64,000 bases of DNA from an uncultured Christensenellaceae bacterium (GCA_964391805.1 CAYMNK010000002.1:19671-83670), one strand, 5' to 3'. Counted from the stretch's first letter, positions 32,495-42,954 are shown. Numbers and translations are program-made. Notes: generated by a model not told the origin, from the letters alone.

Positions 32495-34168
32495 TTACAC
32501 TAATGTAAATACGGTGCGAACGTATTCCTCTACCGAAGTATCGCCTTCTTTGATGCGTTTACGGAGGTTTTCATCCATAAACTCCATTCCGTGAGCGGAC
32601 GCATACGCACGAATTTCGTCTGTACTTGCGTTTTTGGTAATCATTTGTCTAAGCTCAGTATTAAGTTCAAGCACCTCGTGAACGGCAAAACGTCCGGAAT
32701 ATCCGGTATAGTTACAAGATGAACAGCCTACAGGGAAATATGCTTGATCGATATCGTTTGAATTAATGAGTTTTTTCTCGTCTAAACTGAGTTGTTTAAG
32801 TTTCTTACACTTAGGACACAGTTTCTTTACCAATCTTTGAGCTAATACGCCGTTAACCGCCGCGGCGGTAAGGTAAGGTGCGATTCCCATATCGATAAGA
32901 CGGGCGATTGTTGCACATGCGTCATTGGTGTGCAAGGTGGACAATACCAAGTGACCGGTAATAGCCGCTCTCATGGCAATTTCCGCAGTTTCGTAGTCAC
33001 GAATCTCACCGACCATTACTATATCGGGGTCTTGACGAAGTATAGATCTAAGAGCAGTTGCAAAGGTCATACCCGCTTTTTCGTTGATTTGAACTTGATT
33101 GATGCCCATAACGCGTTTTTCGACAGGGTCCTCTACTGTGGTGATATTATGGGTAGGTTTGTTGAGTTGACTTAAAACGGTGTATAGCGTGGTAGATTTA
33201 CCGCTTCCGGTAGGTCCTGTAACGAGTACTACTCCGTTGGGGGAATTACAAATATGATCGAACACTTTGAAGTTTTCTTCGGTCATACCGAGTTCTTTTA
33301 ATCCTATCTGCTTACCTAAGGAAGTACCGAGTAAACGCAAAACGGCTTTTTCACCGTATACGGTAGGCAATGTAGATACACGAATATCGATGGTCACGCC
33401 TTCGAAGGTATAGTCGAATCTACCATCTAACGGAATACGCTTTTCGGCAATATTCATATTGGACAATATCTTCAAACGAGTAATCAACGAACGATGGGTA
33501 GAAGGAGTAAGTCTCATATACTCTTGTAAATCACCGTCCAATCTCATTCTTATAATAACTACGTCCTTGAACGGCTCAATATGGATATCCGATGCTTTAC
33601 GCAAATACGCTTGTTGAACAAGGGTGTTCAGCAACTTAACTATAGGTGCACTGTCTACACGCGAATCTATATCGTTGGTTTGGTTAGAATCTTGCTCTTC
33701 GTCCTCTAATTCGACCGCAATATTTTGCGCGCTTATATTGGCATAATACTTTTCAATGGCATCCTCTATAGATTTCTTGGTGGCAAGGGTGTAAAAAACA
33801 TCTCTACCCGATGAAGCTTTTACATCGAGTTCAATCTCCATATTGGTAGGATCTCTCGTGATTATCTCGAGTCTACCGTCCTCTCTGATCTTATAAGGGA
33901 TAATGTTATGCTTCCTTGCTATCTTTTCGGGAACAAGCTTGATAACATCGCTATCCGATATAAAAATATTACCTTCTATAACTTGCAACCCCATTCTTTC
34001 GCCCAAGGCACTCAAAATATTGATTTCGGGAGTTACGTTCATAGAGATTAGCGTTTCGGATATAGACATACGTGGATTTTGTTCGTTCAATTCACGAGCC
34101 TGTTTGAGTTGTTCGGGAGTTACGAAACCCTTTTGAAGTAGTATTTGACCAAATTTTAGTTTACTCAT
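32495..34168 (-). CDS. pilB: Type IV pilus assembly ATPase PilB (GspE family)
   Basis: Walker A GPTGSGKSTT, Asp/His boxes, Walker B DPDIVMVGEIRD, tetracysteine CPKCKK...CSSCNYTGYSGR, and a GspE-N-type N-terminal domain. Confidence 0.95.
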   Translation of the reverse strand: MSKLKFGQILLQKGFVTPEQLKQARELNEQNPRMSISETLISMNVTPEINILSALGERMGLQVIEGNIFISDSDVIKLVPEKIARKHNIIPYKIREDGRLEIITRDPTNMEIELDVKASSGRDVFYTLATKKSIEDAIEKYYANISAQNIAVELEDEEQDSNQTNDIDSRVDSAPIVKLLNTLVQQAYLRKASDIHIEPFKDVVIIRMRLDGDLQEYMRLTPSTHRSLITRLKILSNMNIAEKRIPLDGRFDYTFEGVTIDIRVSTLPTVYGEKAVLRLLGTSLGKQIGLKELGMTEENFKVFDHICNSPNGVVLVTGPTGSGKSTTLYTVLSQLNKPTHNITTVEDPVEKRVMGINQVQINEKAGMTFATALRSILRQDPDIVMVGEIRDYETAEIAMRAAITGHLVLSTLHTNDACATIARLIDMGIAPYLTAAAVNGVLAQRLVKKLCPKCKKLKQLSLDEKKLINSNDIDQAYFPVGCSSCNYTGYSGRFAVHEVLELNTELRQMITKNASTDEIRAYASAHGMEFMDENLRKRIKEGDTSVEEYVRTVFTLV

Positions 34169-34199
34169 ATTATCTCCGTATTTTGCCGTTTATTTTATA

Positions 34200-34228
34200 A
34201 TTATAAATTCCTTCCGATTATTTGTCAA
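34200..34228 (-). promoter_or_regulatory. Perfect consensus promoter TTGACA-17-TATAAT in the pilD-pilB gap
   Basis: Minus strand: TTGACA (34228-34223), 17-nt spacer, TATAAT (34205-34200). GGAG SD before ATG 34168. Confidence 0.7.
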
Positions 34229-34264
34229 TCGACATACATTTAGTTAACATTAATTCGCCGATAA

Positions 34265-35020
34265 TTATATGGTAAATAGCAGACTTATTATTTCGTTTCC
34301 ACAAAATACCGCTATCATCCACCCTATACATAGACACGGACCTAATGGCATTACCTTGGTTTTGTTAGGTCTAACCATCATTATTATTCCTATAATGCCA
34401 GCTAATACTATTCCTAAGAAACCGCCTAATAATACCAATTTCCAACCTAACAACAAGCCTACTGCAAGTGATAGTTTGATATCGCCTAAACCTATTGCTC
34501 CGTGTGTTACAAGGGTAATTATAATTAGCGGAAGACTTAGAGCAACCATTCCTAAAAGATATTCATACCATTTGACGTCGCCCATGAAGAAAGATAAAAT
34601 AAATCTTATCAAGCCTAACACGATTATCAATAAAACGGTACCGTTAGGAATTTCCATTATATCGAGGTCGATCGAGGCAACCACTATAAGCACACTAAAT
34701 AGAATAGCGAATATTACTAAATCATATATCGCATTTTTAAATAATATATACGCAAGAAGCCATAAAATCGCGTTTAGTAATTCTACTATAGGATAGCGTG
34801 GCGATATTCTTTCTTTACAATATCTACATCTACCGCCTAAGAATATATAACTAAATAGCGGTATCATATCGTACCATGCCAATTTATTTTTGCATTCGGT
34901 GCAATATGAAGTTGCACTCTTAAAAAAGATTTTTCTCGGCACTCTATAGATAACCACATTTAGAAAACTACCTATAACTAAGCCGTATATGAATATCAAT
35001 GCTCCGTATAAGTACTCCAT
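34265..35020 (-). CDS. pilD: Prepilin peptidase / N-methyltransferase PilD (A24 family)
   Basis: N-terminal Cys motifs YCTECKNKL...CRYCKERISPRYP. Polytopic. Catalytic-Asp contexts ASIDLDIMEIP and AIGLGDIKL. Confidence 0.93.
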   Translation of the reverse strand: MEYLYGALIFIYGLVIGSFLNVVIYRVPRKIFFKSATSYCTECKNKLAWYDMIPLFSYIFLGGRCRYCKERISPRYPIVELLNAILWLLAYILFKNAIYDLVIFAILFSVLIVVASIDLDIMEIPNGTVLLIIVLGLIRFILSFFMGDVKWYEYLLGMVALSLPLIIITLVTHGAIGLGDIKLSLAVGLLLGWKLVLLGGFLGIVLAGIIGIIMMVRPNKTKVMPLGPCLCIGWMIAVFCGNEIISLLFTI

Positions 35021-35023
35021 TGT

Positions 35024-35704
35024 CTACACCTCGAAATATTGGGTAGCATAATAGAGAACGAAGGCATATTTTATATCGTCTGTTCTCGTAGGTACTTTAG
35101 CCTCTCCCGACTTCCCGGCGGATAAAACCTTGATTTCGGTGCCGTATATGCTCATATTATACAGTCTAACGGTAGAAGTATGGGTGTAATCCACTCCGTT
35201 TTTGGATACGGTGGTGGTAATTTTGACGATTCGCCAACACTTCTTTTGGGTGCTGTCGCTATAACTTACCCTCTCATTCACCCCTTCGAAGGTGTAATAC
35301 AACTCTTTTACTTCGGCTCCTCTATATGATTTTTCTGTCAAAAGAATGTTTTCTTCTACCACCTTTTTAGAAGTAGGATCGAAGGCATACTTATAAATAT
35401 AGCCGTCCGAAGATTTGCCCATACAGTATTGATATTCCTTTTTGATTACGCTATTCGGATCGATCGTCCGTTCGTATAAACTTAAATCACGCGATGCTAT
35501 AAGTTCGTTATTGAGTGCGACGTGCAACTTCTGAGAAACGTTATACAATACAGTTTGCATTTCGGTTCGATTATACATAGTAAGCGTTGAACCGAGTATA
35601 GAAGACAATGAAACAGATATTATTGCCAATATAAGGGTGGCAACAATCAATTCTACAAGGGTAAAGCCTCGTTTATTCCGTTTTAGTCTTCTAAGTTTCT
35701 TCAT
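35024..35704 (-). CDS. Type IV minor pilin (226 aa)
   Basis: MKKLRRLKRNKRG|FTLVELIVATLILAIISVSLSSILG has the prepilin motif with Glu+5. Its ATG abuts the stop of the upstream pilin gene (TAAATG). Confidence 0.85.
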   Translation of the reverse strand: MKKLRRLKRNKRGFTLVELIVATLILAIISVSLSSILGSTLTMYNRTEMQTVLYNVSQKLHVALNNELIASRDLSLYERTIDPNSVIKKEYQYCMGKSSDGYIYKYAFDPTSKKVVEENILLTEKSYRGAEVKELYYTFEGVNERVSYSDSTQKKCWRIVKITTTVSKNGVDYTHTSTVRLYNMSIYGTEIKVLSAGKSGEAKVPTRTDDIKYAFVLYYATQYFEV

Positions 35705-36097
35705 TTATTCCTCATCCTCGTTTTCGGAAATGTCGTAATACACTACCTTGATGTCTTTACCGTCGTTAATCACTATGCCTGCGCGAAAGTCGTGGTCCTT
35801 GGGTGTCAGTCGCGTAGAACCGTCATCGATATCAAATTCAACAGTTATAGGCAAACCGTCTATATAATAACTTTTACTGCTTTCGTCATCTATCGAATCT
35901 CTTTCGGTTGCAAGTATTCCCGCAGCATCGGCGGAAGCTTGATCCAATTTTTGCGATTTCGAAACAAAAGTAAAGCCTTGTTGAAATAGTACAAGCATAG
36001 ATGAACACATTATACCGATTATCGCAATCGCTACCACGCATTCCAATAGGGTGAAGCCCCTCTTATTTCGTTTTAGTTTTTTAAAAAAGTTTTTCAT
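35705..36097 (-). CDS. Type IV minor pilin (130 aa)
   Basis: MKNFFKKLKRNKRG|FTLLECVVAIAIIGIMCSSMLVLF. GAGGTGA SD. Confidence 0.85.
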   Translation of the reverse strand: MKNFFKKLKRNKRGFTLLECVVAIAIIGIMCSSMLVLFQQGFTFVSKSQKLDQASADAAGILATERDSIDDESSKSYYIDGLPITVEFDIDDGSTRLTPKDHDFRAGIVINDGKDIKVVYYDISENEDEE

Positions 36098-36105
36098 AGT
36101 TCACC

Positions 36106-39100
36106 TCAATTAATCGCTATTCCTCTATAATACCAGTTCATACTCGAAACAGGTATGTCGTCGGGGGAGTCCCAAAATTCGGCAAGTTTATAACTTGAGC
36201 GATTGTCGCCTATCGAAGAAGTCGTTTCACCGCTCCTCAAATTGGTATATTTGAAAACGGTGTCGGACATGTCGGGTACCGTCTTTATGTAATTAATCTT
36301 ACTTGACAGTGAGTTATCCATTTCGAAATTGTCGCATACATACATTCCGTAAATATCCCAATGGTTGTTGCCCTCGCCGTTGTAATTGGCGGTCACCTTG
36401 AATACATTTCTCGCATCGGGATCTCCGTACGAATACCCGGAAGGCATATACACATACGCGGCGGTTTGGAAGTCCTGAACCTCGAAACTGATATTACCGC
36501 CCGTACCGACTATAAATAACCTCGGTTGAAGTTGGTATTGACCGCTACTCTTGGCTTTTTCGTCCATAACGGGATTACCGGACTCATCATAATAGGTTTT
36601 TTCGTCAAATCCGCTACCTGTAGTTTGAACATATCTCACACCGCCGAAAACATTGTAGGTTGCATCGGATTGTGTCCATTGAGAAATCCAATTATTATAA
36701 TCGCCGTATTCGTCATGAAGCCAGTTTGTAAAACCGTTACCCACAATCTTGATATCGGTATCCTCTTGTAAATACAAGAAAACTCTACCATTACCTATGA
36801 TATTCAAGCAACTGTCCTTATCCTGTTCCCATATCATCTTAGCACTCTTGGGCAATACGATATGTAGATCCTTTGCCTTGCTTCCGTACGGATCGGTGGG
36901 ATCTTCGCAGGTGAAGAAGGTCCAAGTAACATCATTAGACACCGATAGATTTGCTGTCCAGTTACCTCCGCCGTTACCCCAGAACCAACGACCTTGAGAG
37001 TCTTTTTCCTTAGTCATGTTGTCCGCTTTACGATATGTTTCGTCGAATACCGATTCACTTACCACTCCGCTATTGAAGAATACTAAGCCGACAGGACGCT
37101 GATTAAGCGAATAAGAGGTAGGAATAACCCAATTTTCGTTCCAACCTACGTATCTGATAAGATTATCGAGCATATCTCCGCTCGGGAAAGAACTATTGAC
37201 CACAAACGTTCGTCTTGTGATAATCATCATATCACTGCTACCGAGGTCAGATAAAACGGTTGAAACGTTGGAGGCACTTAACCTATAATACTCGGCATCT
37301 GATTTACTGGCAAACTCTAAACCCAAATAGTCGGACGAAGGTGTATAGAGCGAGGATAAATTGCTGAAGAAGTTTTGAGCGTTGCTATACAAACTCTTAC
37401 CTACACTCAATGCTTCTCCGTTCACCCAGTCCCAGAAATCTAAATCGTTGAATCGCTTAATATCCTCCGCACATGCTTCCAACGAGTCGATCGAACCGCC
37501 GAGTTTCTTTTCAGTAACGGTCAATACGTTATCGGCGTTATTATTCAAAGCTACGGCATCGCCTGCCGTTGTTTCGGTCGGCAATACCCACTTCAATGGG
37601 ATTGCTTGAGGATACCAATTATCGGTATTTAAACTTTTGAGAGGTAAATCCTCTTTATTTACTAATAGCTCATCCAACTGTGTTACTTTGTTAACGGTAT
37701 TGATTGCAATCGAGGTCAAGGGTGTTTTACGCTTGATGTCCATAGAAGACAAACTGTCCCACTCCAATCCGCCAAAGCCTACATTGGTTCCCGTTAGAAT
37801 CGGTAAATAGGTAAATCCACTTGATTCAATCGGATCGATTTTTACTAAAGCGTCTGCAAGTGATGATGAATTGCTAAGTCCGACCGAACAACTATCTACC
37901 TGAGTCGTAGAGCCATAAATCAGGTTGTTTACGTTATGATTACATAACGTATAATTCTTATCTCTTTCGCTCTTATCGATAACGCCCGACTTAGTATTGT
38001 GTCCTGCATTATCCTTATACTCGAAGCTTTGATAACTTGCAGTCTTACTCATAGAATAACCGTCGATTGATGCCTGTAAGGAGCAATAACCGTTATTTGT
38101 GTATCCCTTAGCTTGTAAAATACCGCCACAAGTATAAGTTGAACTCATATTAACCCAGTCATCCGTCCAACCCCAACCTTTGGTATCTCGCCAAGTTATT
38201 GTTTCTTGAATATTTAATTCAATTTTACCGTTATTGGTAAGCGTGCCTTTGCAATATATATTCAAACGAACAGTTGAAGACGATCCTATTGTCATATTTC
38301 CGCTTACGTATACGCCCTTAAACCAAGTATGAGCATGCTCTCTCGCGGTGGTAAATTCACTTCCGATGTAACTATCACCGCTTAAGGTCAATGCGTTAGC
38401 TACGTTTACGACGGTATAAGCGGTCAATTCGACATTAGACGTCGATATCGCACTCTCAATCGCTGTATTATACAATTCCAAACTACCGCCGAAATTATAG
38501 TACTTGGCATAGTTTCTAAATACCGTACTGTTAGTAGCGGTATATGACGAAAAATCAAAACTTTCGCCTAACTTAGAATTCGATATATATGCATTCTGAC
38601 TGGACCATAGCGTTATGTTAGAATAACACTCGACATTATCGAAATACAAGCCATAATTCGAACTTTCGTCTTTTTTGAGTCCTACATAGACCGAACCGAA
38701 TTTTGTACTGTATGCACTGTTTTGGGTATTATAGGTACCCTCTTGGGTGGAATAACAATGCTTAATAGTGCTTTTGTACCCCGATCCATAAAAGGTTGTA
38801 TATGTCGCATATACCCCTCTATCGGCATATAATGTCGAGCCGTTATATTTTTCATCCGCACCATTGAATATACAATTTCTCAAGAATGCTCGTCCGCCCA
38901 TTGAATTCGAAGATGCAACATAAACATTTGAAGAAAAATGTATATTTTTATTCGTATCATCAGTATATCCCTTGATACTAACGGGATTGTTTATAATGGT
39001 CGATTCGGTAATATCTGCACCTGTAGATAACACAACGTTACAAACAAGCAAAGACGCTTTTACATAACCGTAAAAATCGATATTCGACCGTGTTAATGCT

Positions 39101-42100
39101 ATAATAGCACCCTTTGACCAAACATTGCCACTGAATTCTATGGATAAATCGGATTCTATACGCATCGAACCGACTTCGACATCGCCGTCAATCGAACCTT
39201 GTACATTAACTGTACCGTTAGGCACATATACATAGCCCGAAACGACACTCAAAGTCAACTCTCCAACATAGTCGGGTAAATCGATATTTCCTTTAACAGA
39301 AGCAAATGTTGCATTCGAACTTGACAACGGTGTGGTTGTATTTTTGGCAAAAATGCCACCTTCGGCAGTCGGTTCTACACTCGGCGCATACACTAATGTA
39401 CCGCTACAATTAACATTTCCCGATATCTTGACCGAAGTTAAAATATTTGCTTTAAACACGGTCAATTTGTCGGTCTTGGCGTATACATTGCCTATATTTA
39501 GTCCGCTTATTGCACTATCGGTCCCCTCTTCGATAAAAACAGATACATAGAGCGCAACAACGGCACTTTCTTGCATTTTCAACTCGGATAATCTAACATA
39601 TTTAGCGTTTGTTTCGAGATTTTCTTCTCCCGTAGACGACGCTAATACCTTACCCGATAAAATACCGCCCGAAACCGTTACTGCAACGTTTTTACCGTCG
39701 ATTATGTTATCGATATAAGTAGGACTCCAGTTTGATGCGGACCTCAAAGTTTTAGTGGTCATTATTAATCCGCCGTCTATTTTGCAATCGATAAGGTCAT
39801 CCGCATAATCACAATACACTGTTCCGTATATTTCGCCGTTTAACATAGTAAATTTACCGCCGACATATACATTGCCCTCGTATTGTACCGAACCCGAAGT
39901 GTTATCGGTTGTATTTGTTCCGCCTACATAAGAGCGAACCATATCAAGATTTGCACTACCTACATCGAGACAGCCTTTGTATTCGGTACTGCTATTTGAC
40001 GGATAAACGGTGTGAGTCGTACCGCTGACGATACTGTCGGTAAATACCACCGTGCCCGATACATTCTTAAATTTCACCCATCCGCCGAAAGTGCTGTCGG
40101 TAACGGTTATTTTGTTCTTTACAAACTGATTGATTTGAATATCGCCCGATATCTCGAATTTGGTTATCACCGAAGACGAATCGAAATCAAAACTATCAAC
40201 CAAGTTGTCGAGTACTATCTTCATCTCTTCGGTATTGTTGACGTTAACCGTACTTCCGTCATAATCGGTAATTACTTTGTTTACCTTTAACGACTTACAT
40301 TTGAGTGTAACGCCCTTTCTAACAATCAATGTTCCCGATATAGTCAAGTCACCTAACGGTTTATCGGGCGTATCGTATACATAAACTATTACGTTTTCGT
40401 TGGTGAAAGTTGCACCTTCGGAATCGATTAGTCCGTCCGAACCGATAAATACGTAATCGTTATCTTCAAAGGTCGTGCCTTTGATATAAGGCTTTCCTGC
40501 CGAGCCCGAAATTTCCTCGAGCATCACGATTTGACCGTTTTTGACGTAGAGATCGTACACCCAACCGTTGAGAATAGCATTACCGCCGTTAACGTATATT
40601 TTATTACCGTTATTATTGACGGTAGTCAACCTCGGTGCATACGGATTTTGCCCGTCTCCTACGACCGCGGTATGAGAATCGACTACGATATCGCCGTTAA
40701 CATATATCGCTTTATCTAAATCGTTGCCCGATAATACGGCATTCGATTTTATACGCAATTTACCCTTAACGGAGGAACCTACCACCAATTCGCCCTCGAC
40801 AGTTCCGTCTATATATGCAACCGCTCCGTAACCCGATTCGACTACATCTTGAACAGTGCCCGATACATGGACGAATCCACCTGCGGAAGCGTGTAAAACA
40901 CTACCCGAATGCAATGAAAACATAGCGGAAGTTACTATTTGTCCGTAAAGATCGGAATTATTGACGGCAACGAAACAACCGTTGGTACCGCCCGCATTGA
41001 CCGAACATTGTTCGCCTATGGTGATACCCGAAATGACAATTTGCTCGCTGTCTATGCCTTTGGTAATACTACCGTTGTGAATAAAAATTTGTCTGACGTT
41101 ATTCGCCGAGCCTGCTTTTTGGGTATAAAGCGTACCTATAGTCGCACCGTTTAAATTAATAAAGTTATCTTGCAAATTGCTTAAATCAAAATCGTTTCCC
41201 TCGTTGTCTTTCTCTACTTGAAGAAGATTTTGTACACCGTCGCCCAAAACTACGTTCGAATAGGTTGTCAGCACTCCGCTTATATTGGATTTGGCTTCTT
41301 CGGTCGATTGGTTATTTTTACCGAAAAGCGGAATGCACTTTTTACCCGACGATAACAAAACATCACCGTTTATGGTAAGCGCCGACAAGTAACATACCGA
41401 ATAACTAACAGAATTGACAGTCGCATCGAGCGAACCTTTGATATTTAAATTACCGTTAATTACGGTTGCATTATTGGATGCAGAATAATTGATAGCGCCA
41501 TCTAACTCAACATTACCGTTAATAATTATGTTACCCTTATTACTGACATTATAAAAAGTTGCATTTTTACCTGCATGCAGTACCCATCCTGTGGACGGAG
41601 TTCCAATTTTTATTGTGCCTGTACTCTCGTTTTTGATTATTACATTACCTTTAGTTTCGATTTTACCTTTTACAAAAGTGTCTATAGAAGTTCTATTGGT
41701 GATATTAACGTTTCCGTCTGCATATATGTTTTCTTTGACGCTCGAATCGTATAGGGTTACGCTACCACCTGTCGAAATAGAAGTACATTCCACATTGTCG
41801 AGAATGATATTGCACCCAGTACCTCCGATAATTCTATCTACGGTACAATTTTTGATAGTTACATCACCTAAAGCGTAAATAGTACCGCCTACAAGTTTGG
41901 TACCTATATTGGAGATAGAACCGTTTATCGTAACGGTACCTCTTGAATATATATCTCCCGAAACCGATGCCGTTGACTCTATAGTCAAAGCATTACGGAT
42001 GTATATATCGTTCACGTTAACTCGACTAAGCGTCATACTTCCGTATGATGTAACGGAACCTAAAATGCTCCTTGTTTCCGCGCTCGAACTCGTAATGCCT

Positions 42101-42954
42101 ACGTCACCGGTACTGGTCAAATTGGCTTTTATATCGGTGGTAAGTGTATATGTATCGCTCGAACTCGAGCCATAGCCTTCACTTTCGTTATCGATGCCGT
42201 TATATAAATATACATTGGGTTGATAACTGTCCTCAATATTCCCTTCAGGGGCAAAATCGAAGGTCATTTCGGACGGATATGTAGAATAAATATTATACAC
42301 GCTAAATAGGTCGTGCATGGTATCCGAAAAGTCTTCGTCATCCAAGTAGGTGAATACCGTGGTAACAACCTCGGTAGCACCGTGATAACTTACCGTAACA
42401 TCAAGATACAAATAACGCTTATTGATATTCTTTTCGGAATGATTTTTCCCCTTACATAGATCGGATTGACAATATTCGGTATCGTTACCGTTTTTATCAA
42501 CCAAATCTTCGAGAGTGGTACCGCAATAGACACACTCGCTCTTAAAATAAAACTTCAAGTCGGCTACAAGATTAACTTCGGCTAAATCGTCGGCCGAAAG
42601 CCCTGTACCTCGTATTGCCTTCTCTATTTCTGCTTTTTTATTCTCGTCGTTGGGATCAAACGTTACGCTTGCCGTTCCCTTGACGGTTTTAGCGTATTTG
42701 GTATTTTTCTCGAGGTATGATACGATATTGTTGGCATCTACCTCTTCGGTGAGTTCCATTGCGAACGCCTTGCCTATCGCCTTGGCAAACATGAAACTCT
42801 GTGTCTTGTTCGCCGATACGGCGGTAGACTTATACATATTGACGGAAATCAAACTAAAAGACACCACGATGACCGAAAGTACCATTAAAAAGATCATCGT
42901 GTATGTCAGGGCTGCACCCTTCTTATTTTTTACAAATAAGTTTTTGATTCTCAT
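36106..42954 (-). CDS. Giant (2,282 aa) pilin-like protein: PilX/GspK-type prepilin-like N-terminus fused to a Cys4 head, ~1,300 aa of beta-helix-like repeats and a large C-terminal region
   Basis: ATG 42954 (the track start at 42957 is TTG) with AGGAG 6 nt upstream. N-terminus MRIKNLFVKNKKG|AALTYTMIFLMVLSVIVVSFSLISV (basic leader, Gly, ~25 hydrophobic residues, no Glu+5). CVYC-x17-CQSDLC. Long runs such as GDVTIKNCTVDRIIGGTGCNIILDNVECTSISTGGSVTLYDSSVKENIYADGNVNITN. Sits between pilO-like and the minor pilins. Confidence 0.75.
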   Translation of the reverse strand: MRIKNLFVKNKKGAALTYTMIFLMVLSVIVVSFSLISVNMYKSTAVSANKTQSFMFAKAIGKAFAMELTEEVDANNIVSYLEKNTKYAKTVKGTASVTFDPNDENKKAEIEKAIRGTGLSADDLAEVNLVADLKFYFKSECVYCGTTLEDLVDKNGNDTEYCQSDLCKGKNHSEKNINKRYLYLDVTVSYHGATEVVTTVFTYLDDEDFSDTMHDLFSVYNIYSTYPSEMTFDFAPEGNIEDSYQPNVYLYNGIDNESEGYGSSSSDTYTLTTDIKANLTSTGDVGITSSSAETRSILGSVTSYGSMTLSRVNVNDIYIRNALTIESTASVSGDIYSRGTVTINGSISNIGTKLVGGTIYALGDVTIKNCTVDRIIGGTGCNIILDNVECTSISTGGSVTLYDSSVKENIYADGNVNITNRTSIDTFVKGKIETKGNVIIKNESTGTIKIGTPSTGWVLHAGKNATFYNVSNKGNIIINGNVELDGAINYSASNNATVINGNLNIKGSLDATVNSVSYSVCYLSALTINGDVLLSSGKKCIPLFGKNNQSTEEAKSNISGVLTTYSNVVLGDGVQNLLQVEKDNEGNDFDLSNLQDNFINLNGATIGTLYTQKAGSANNVRQIFIHNGSITKGIDSEQIVISGITIGEQCSVNAGGTNGCFVAVNNSDLYGQIVTSAMFSLHSGSVLHASAGGFVHVSGTVQDVVESGYGAVAYIDGTVEGELVVGSSVKGKLRIKSNAVLSGNDLDKAIYVNGDIVVDSHTAVVGDGQNPYAPRLTTVNNNGNKIYVNGGNAILNGWVYDLYVKNGQIVMLEEISGSAGKPYIKGTTFEDNDYVFIGSDGLIDSEGATFTNENVIVYVYDTPDKPLGDLTISGTLIVRKGVTLKCKSLKVNKVITDYDGSTVNVNNTEEMKIVLDNLVDSFDFDSSSVITKFEISGDIQINQFVKNKITVTDSTFGGWVKFKNVSGTVVFTDSIVSGTTHTVYPSNSSTEYKGCLDVGSANLDMVRSYVGGTNTTDNTSGSVQYEGNVYVGGKFTMLNGEIYGTVYCDYADDLIDCKIDGGLIMTTKTLRSASNWSPTYIDNIIDGKNVAVTVSGGILSGKVLASSTGEENLETNAKYVRLSELKMQESAVVALYVSVFIEEGTDSAISGLNIGNVYAKTDKLTVFKANILTSVKISGNVNCSGTLVYAPSVEPTAEGGIFAKNTTTPLSSSNATFASVKGNIDLPDYVGELTLSVVSGYVYVPNGTVNVQGSIDGDVEVGSMRIESDLSIEFSGNVWSKGAIIALTRSNIDFYGYVKASLLVCNVVLSTGADITESTIINNPVSIKGYTDDTNKNIHFSSNVYVASSNSMGGRAFLRNCIFNGADEKYNGSTLYADRGVYATYTTFYGSGYKSTIKHCYSTQEGTYNTQNSAYSTKFGSVYVGLKKDESSNYGLYFDNVECYSNITLWSSQNAYISNSKLGESFDFSSYTATNSTVFRNYAKYYNFGGSLELYNTAIESAISTSNVELTAYTVVNVANALTLSGDSYIGSEFTTAREHAHTWFKGVYVSGNMTIGSSSTVRLNIYCKGTLTNNGKIELNIQETITWRDTKGWGWTDDWVNMSSTYTCGGILQAKGYTNNGYCSLQASIDGYSMSKTASYQSFEYKDNAGHNTKSGVIDKSERDKNYTLCNHNVNNLIYGSTTQVDSCSVGLSNSSSLADALVKIDPIESSGFTYLPILTGTNVGFGGLEWDSLSSMDIKRKTPLTSIAINTVNKVTQLDELLVNKEDLPLKSLNTDNWYPQAIPLKWVLPTETTAGDAVALNNNADNVLTVTEKKLGGSIDSLEACAEDIKRFNDLDFWDWVNGEALSVGKSLYSNAQNFFSNLSSLYTPSSDYLGLEFASKSDAEYYRLSASNVSTVLSDLGSSDMMIITRRTFVVNSSFPSGDMLDNLIRYVGWNENWVIPTSYSLNQRPVGLVFFNSGVVSESVFDETYRKADNMTKEKDSQGRWFWGNGGGNWTANLSVSNDVTWTFFTCEDPTDPYGSKAKDLHIVLPKSAKMIWEQDKDSCLNIIGNGRVFLYLQEDTDIKIVGNGFTNWLHDEYGDYNNWISQWTQSDATYNVFGGVRYVQTTGSGFDEKTYYDESGNPVMDEKAKSSGQYQLQPRLFIVGTGGNISFEVQDFQTAAYVYMPSGYSYGDPDARNVFKVTANYNGEGNNHWDIYGMYVCDNFEMDNSLSSKINYIKTVPDMSDTVFKYTNLRSGETTSSIGDNRSSYKLAEFWDSPDDIPVSSMNWYYRGIAIN

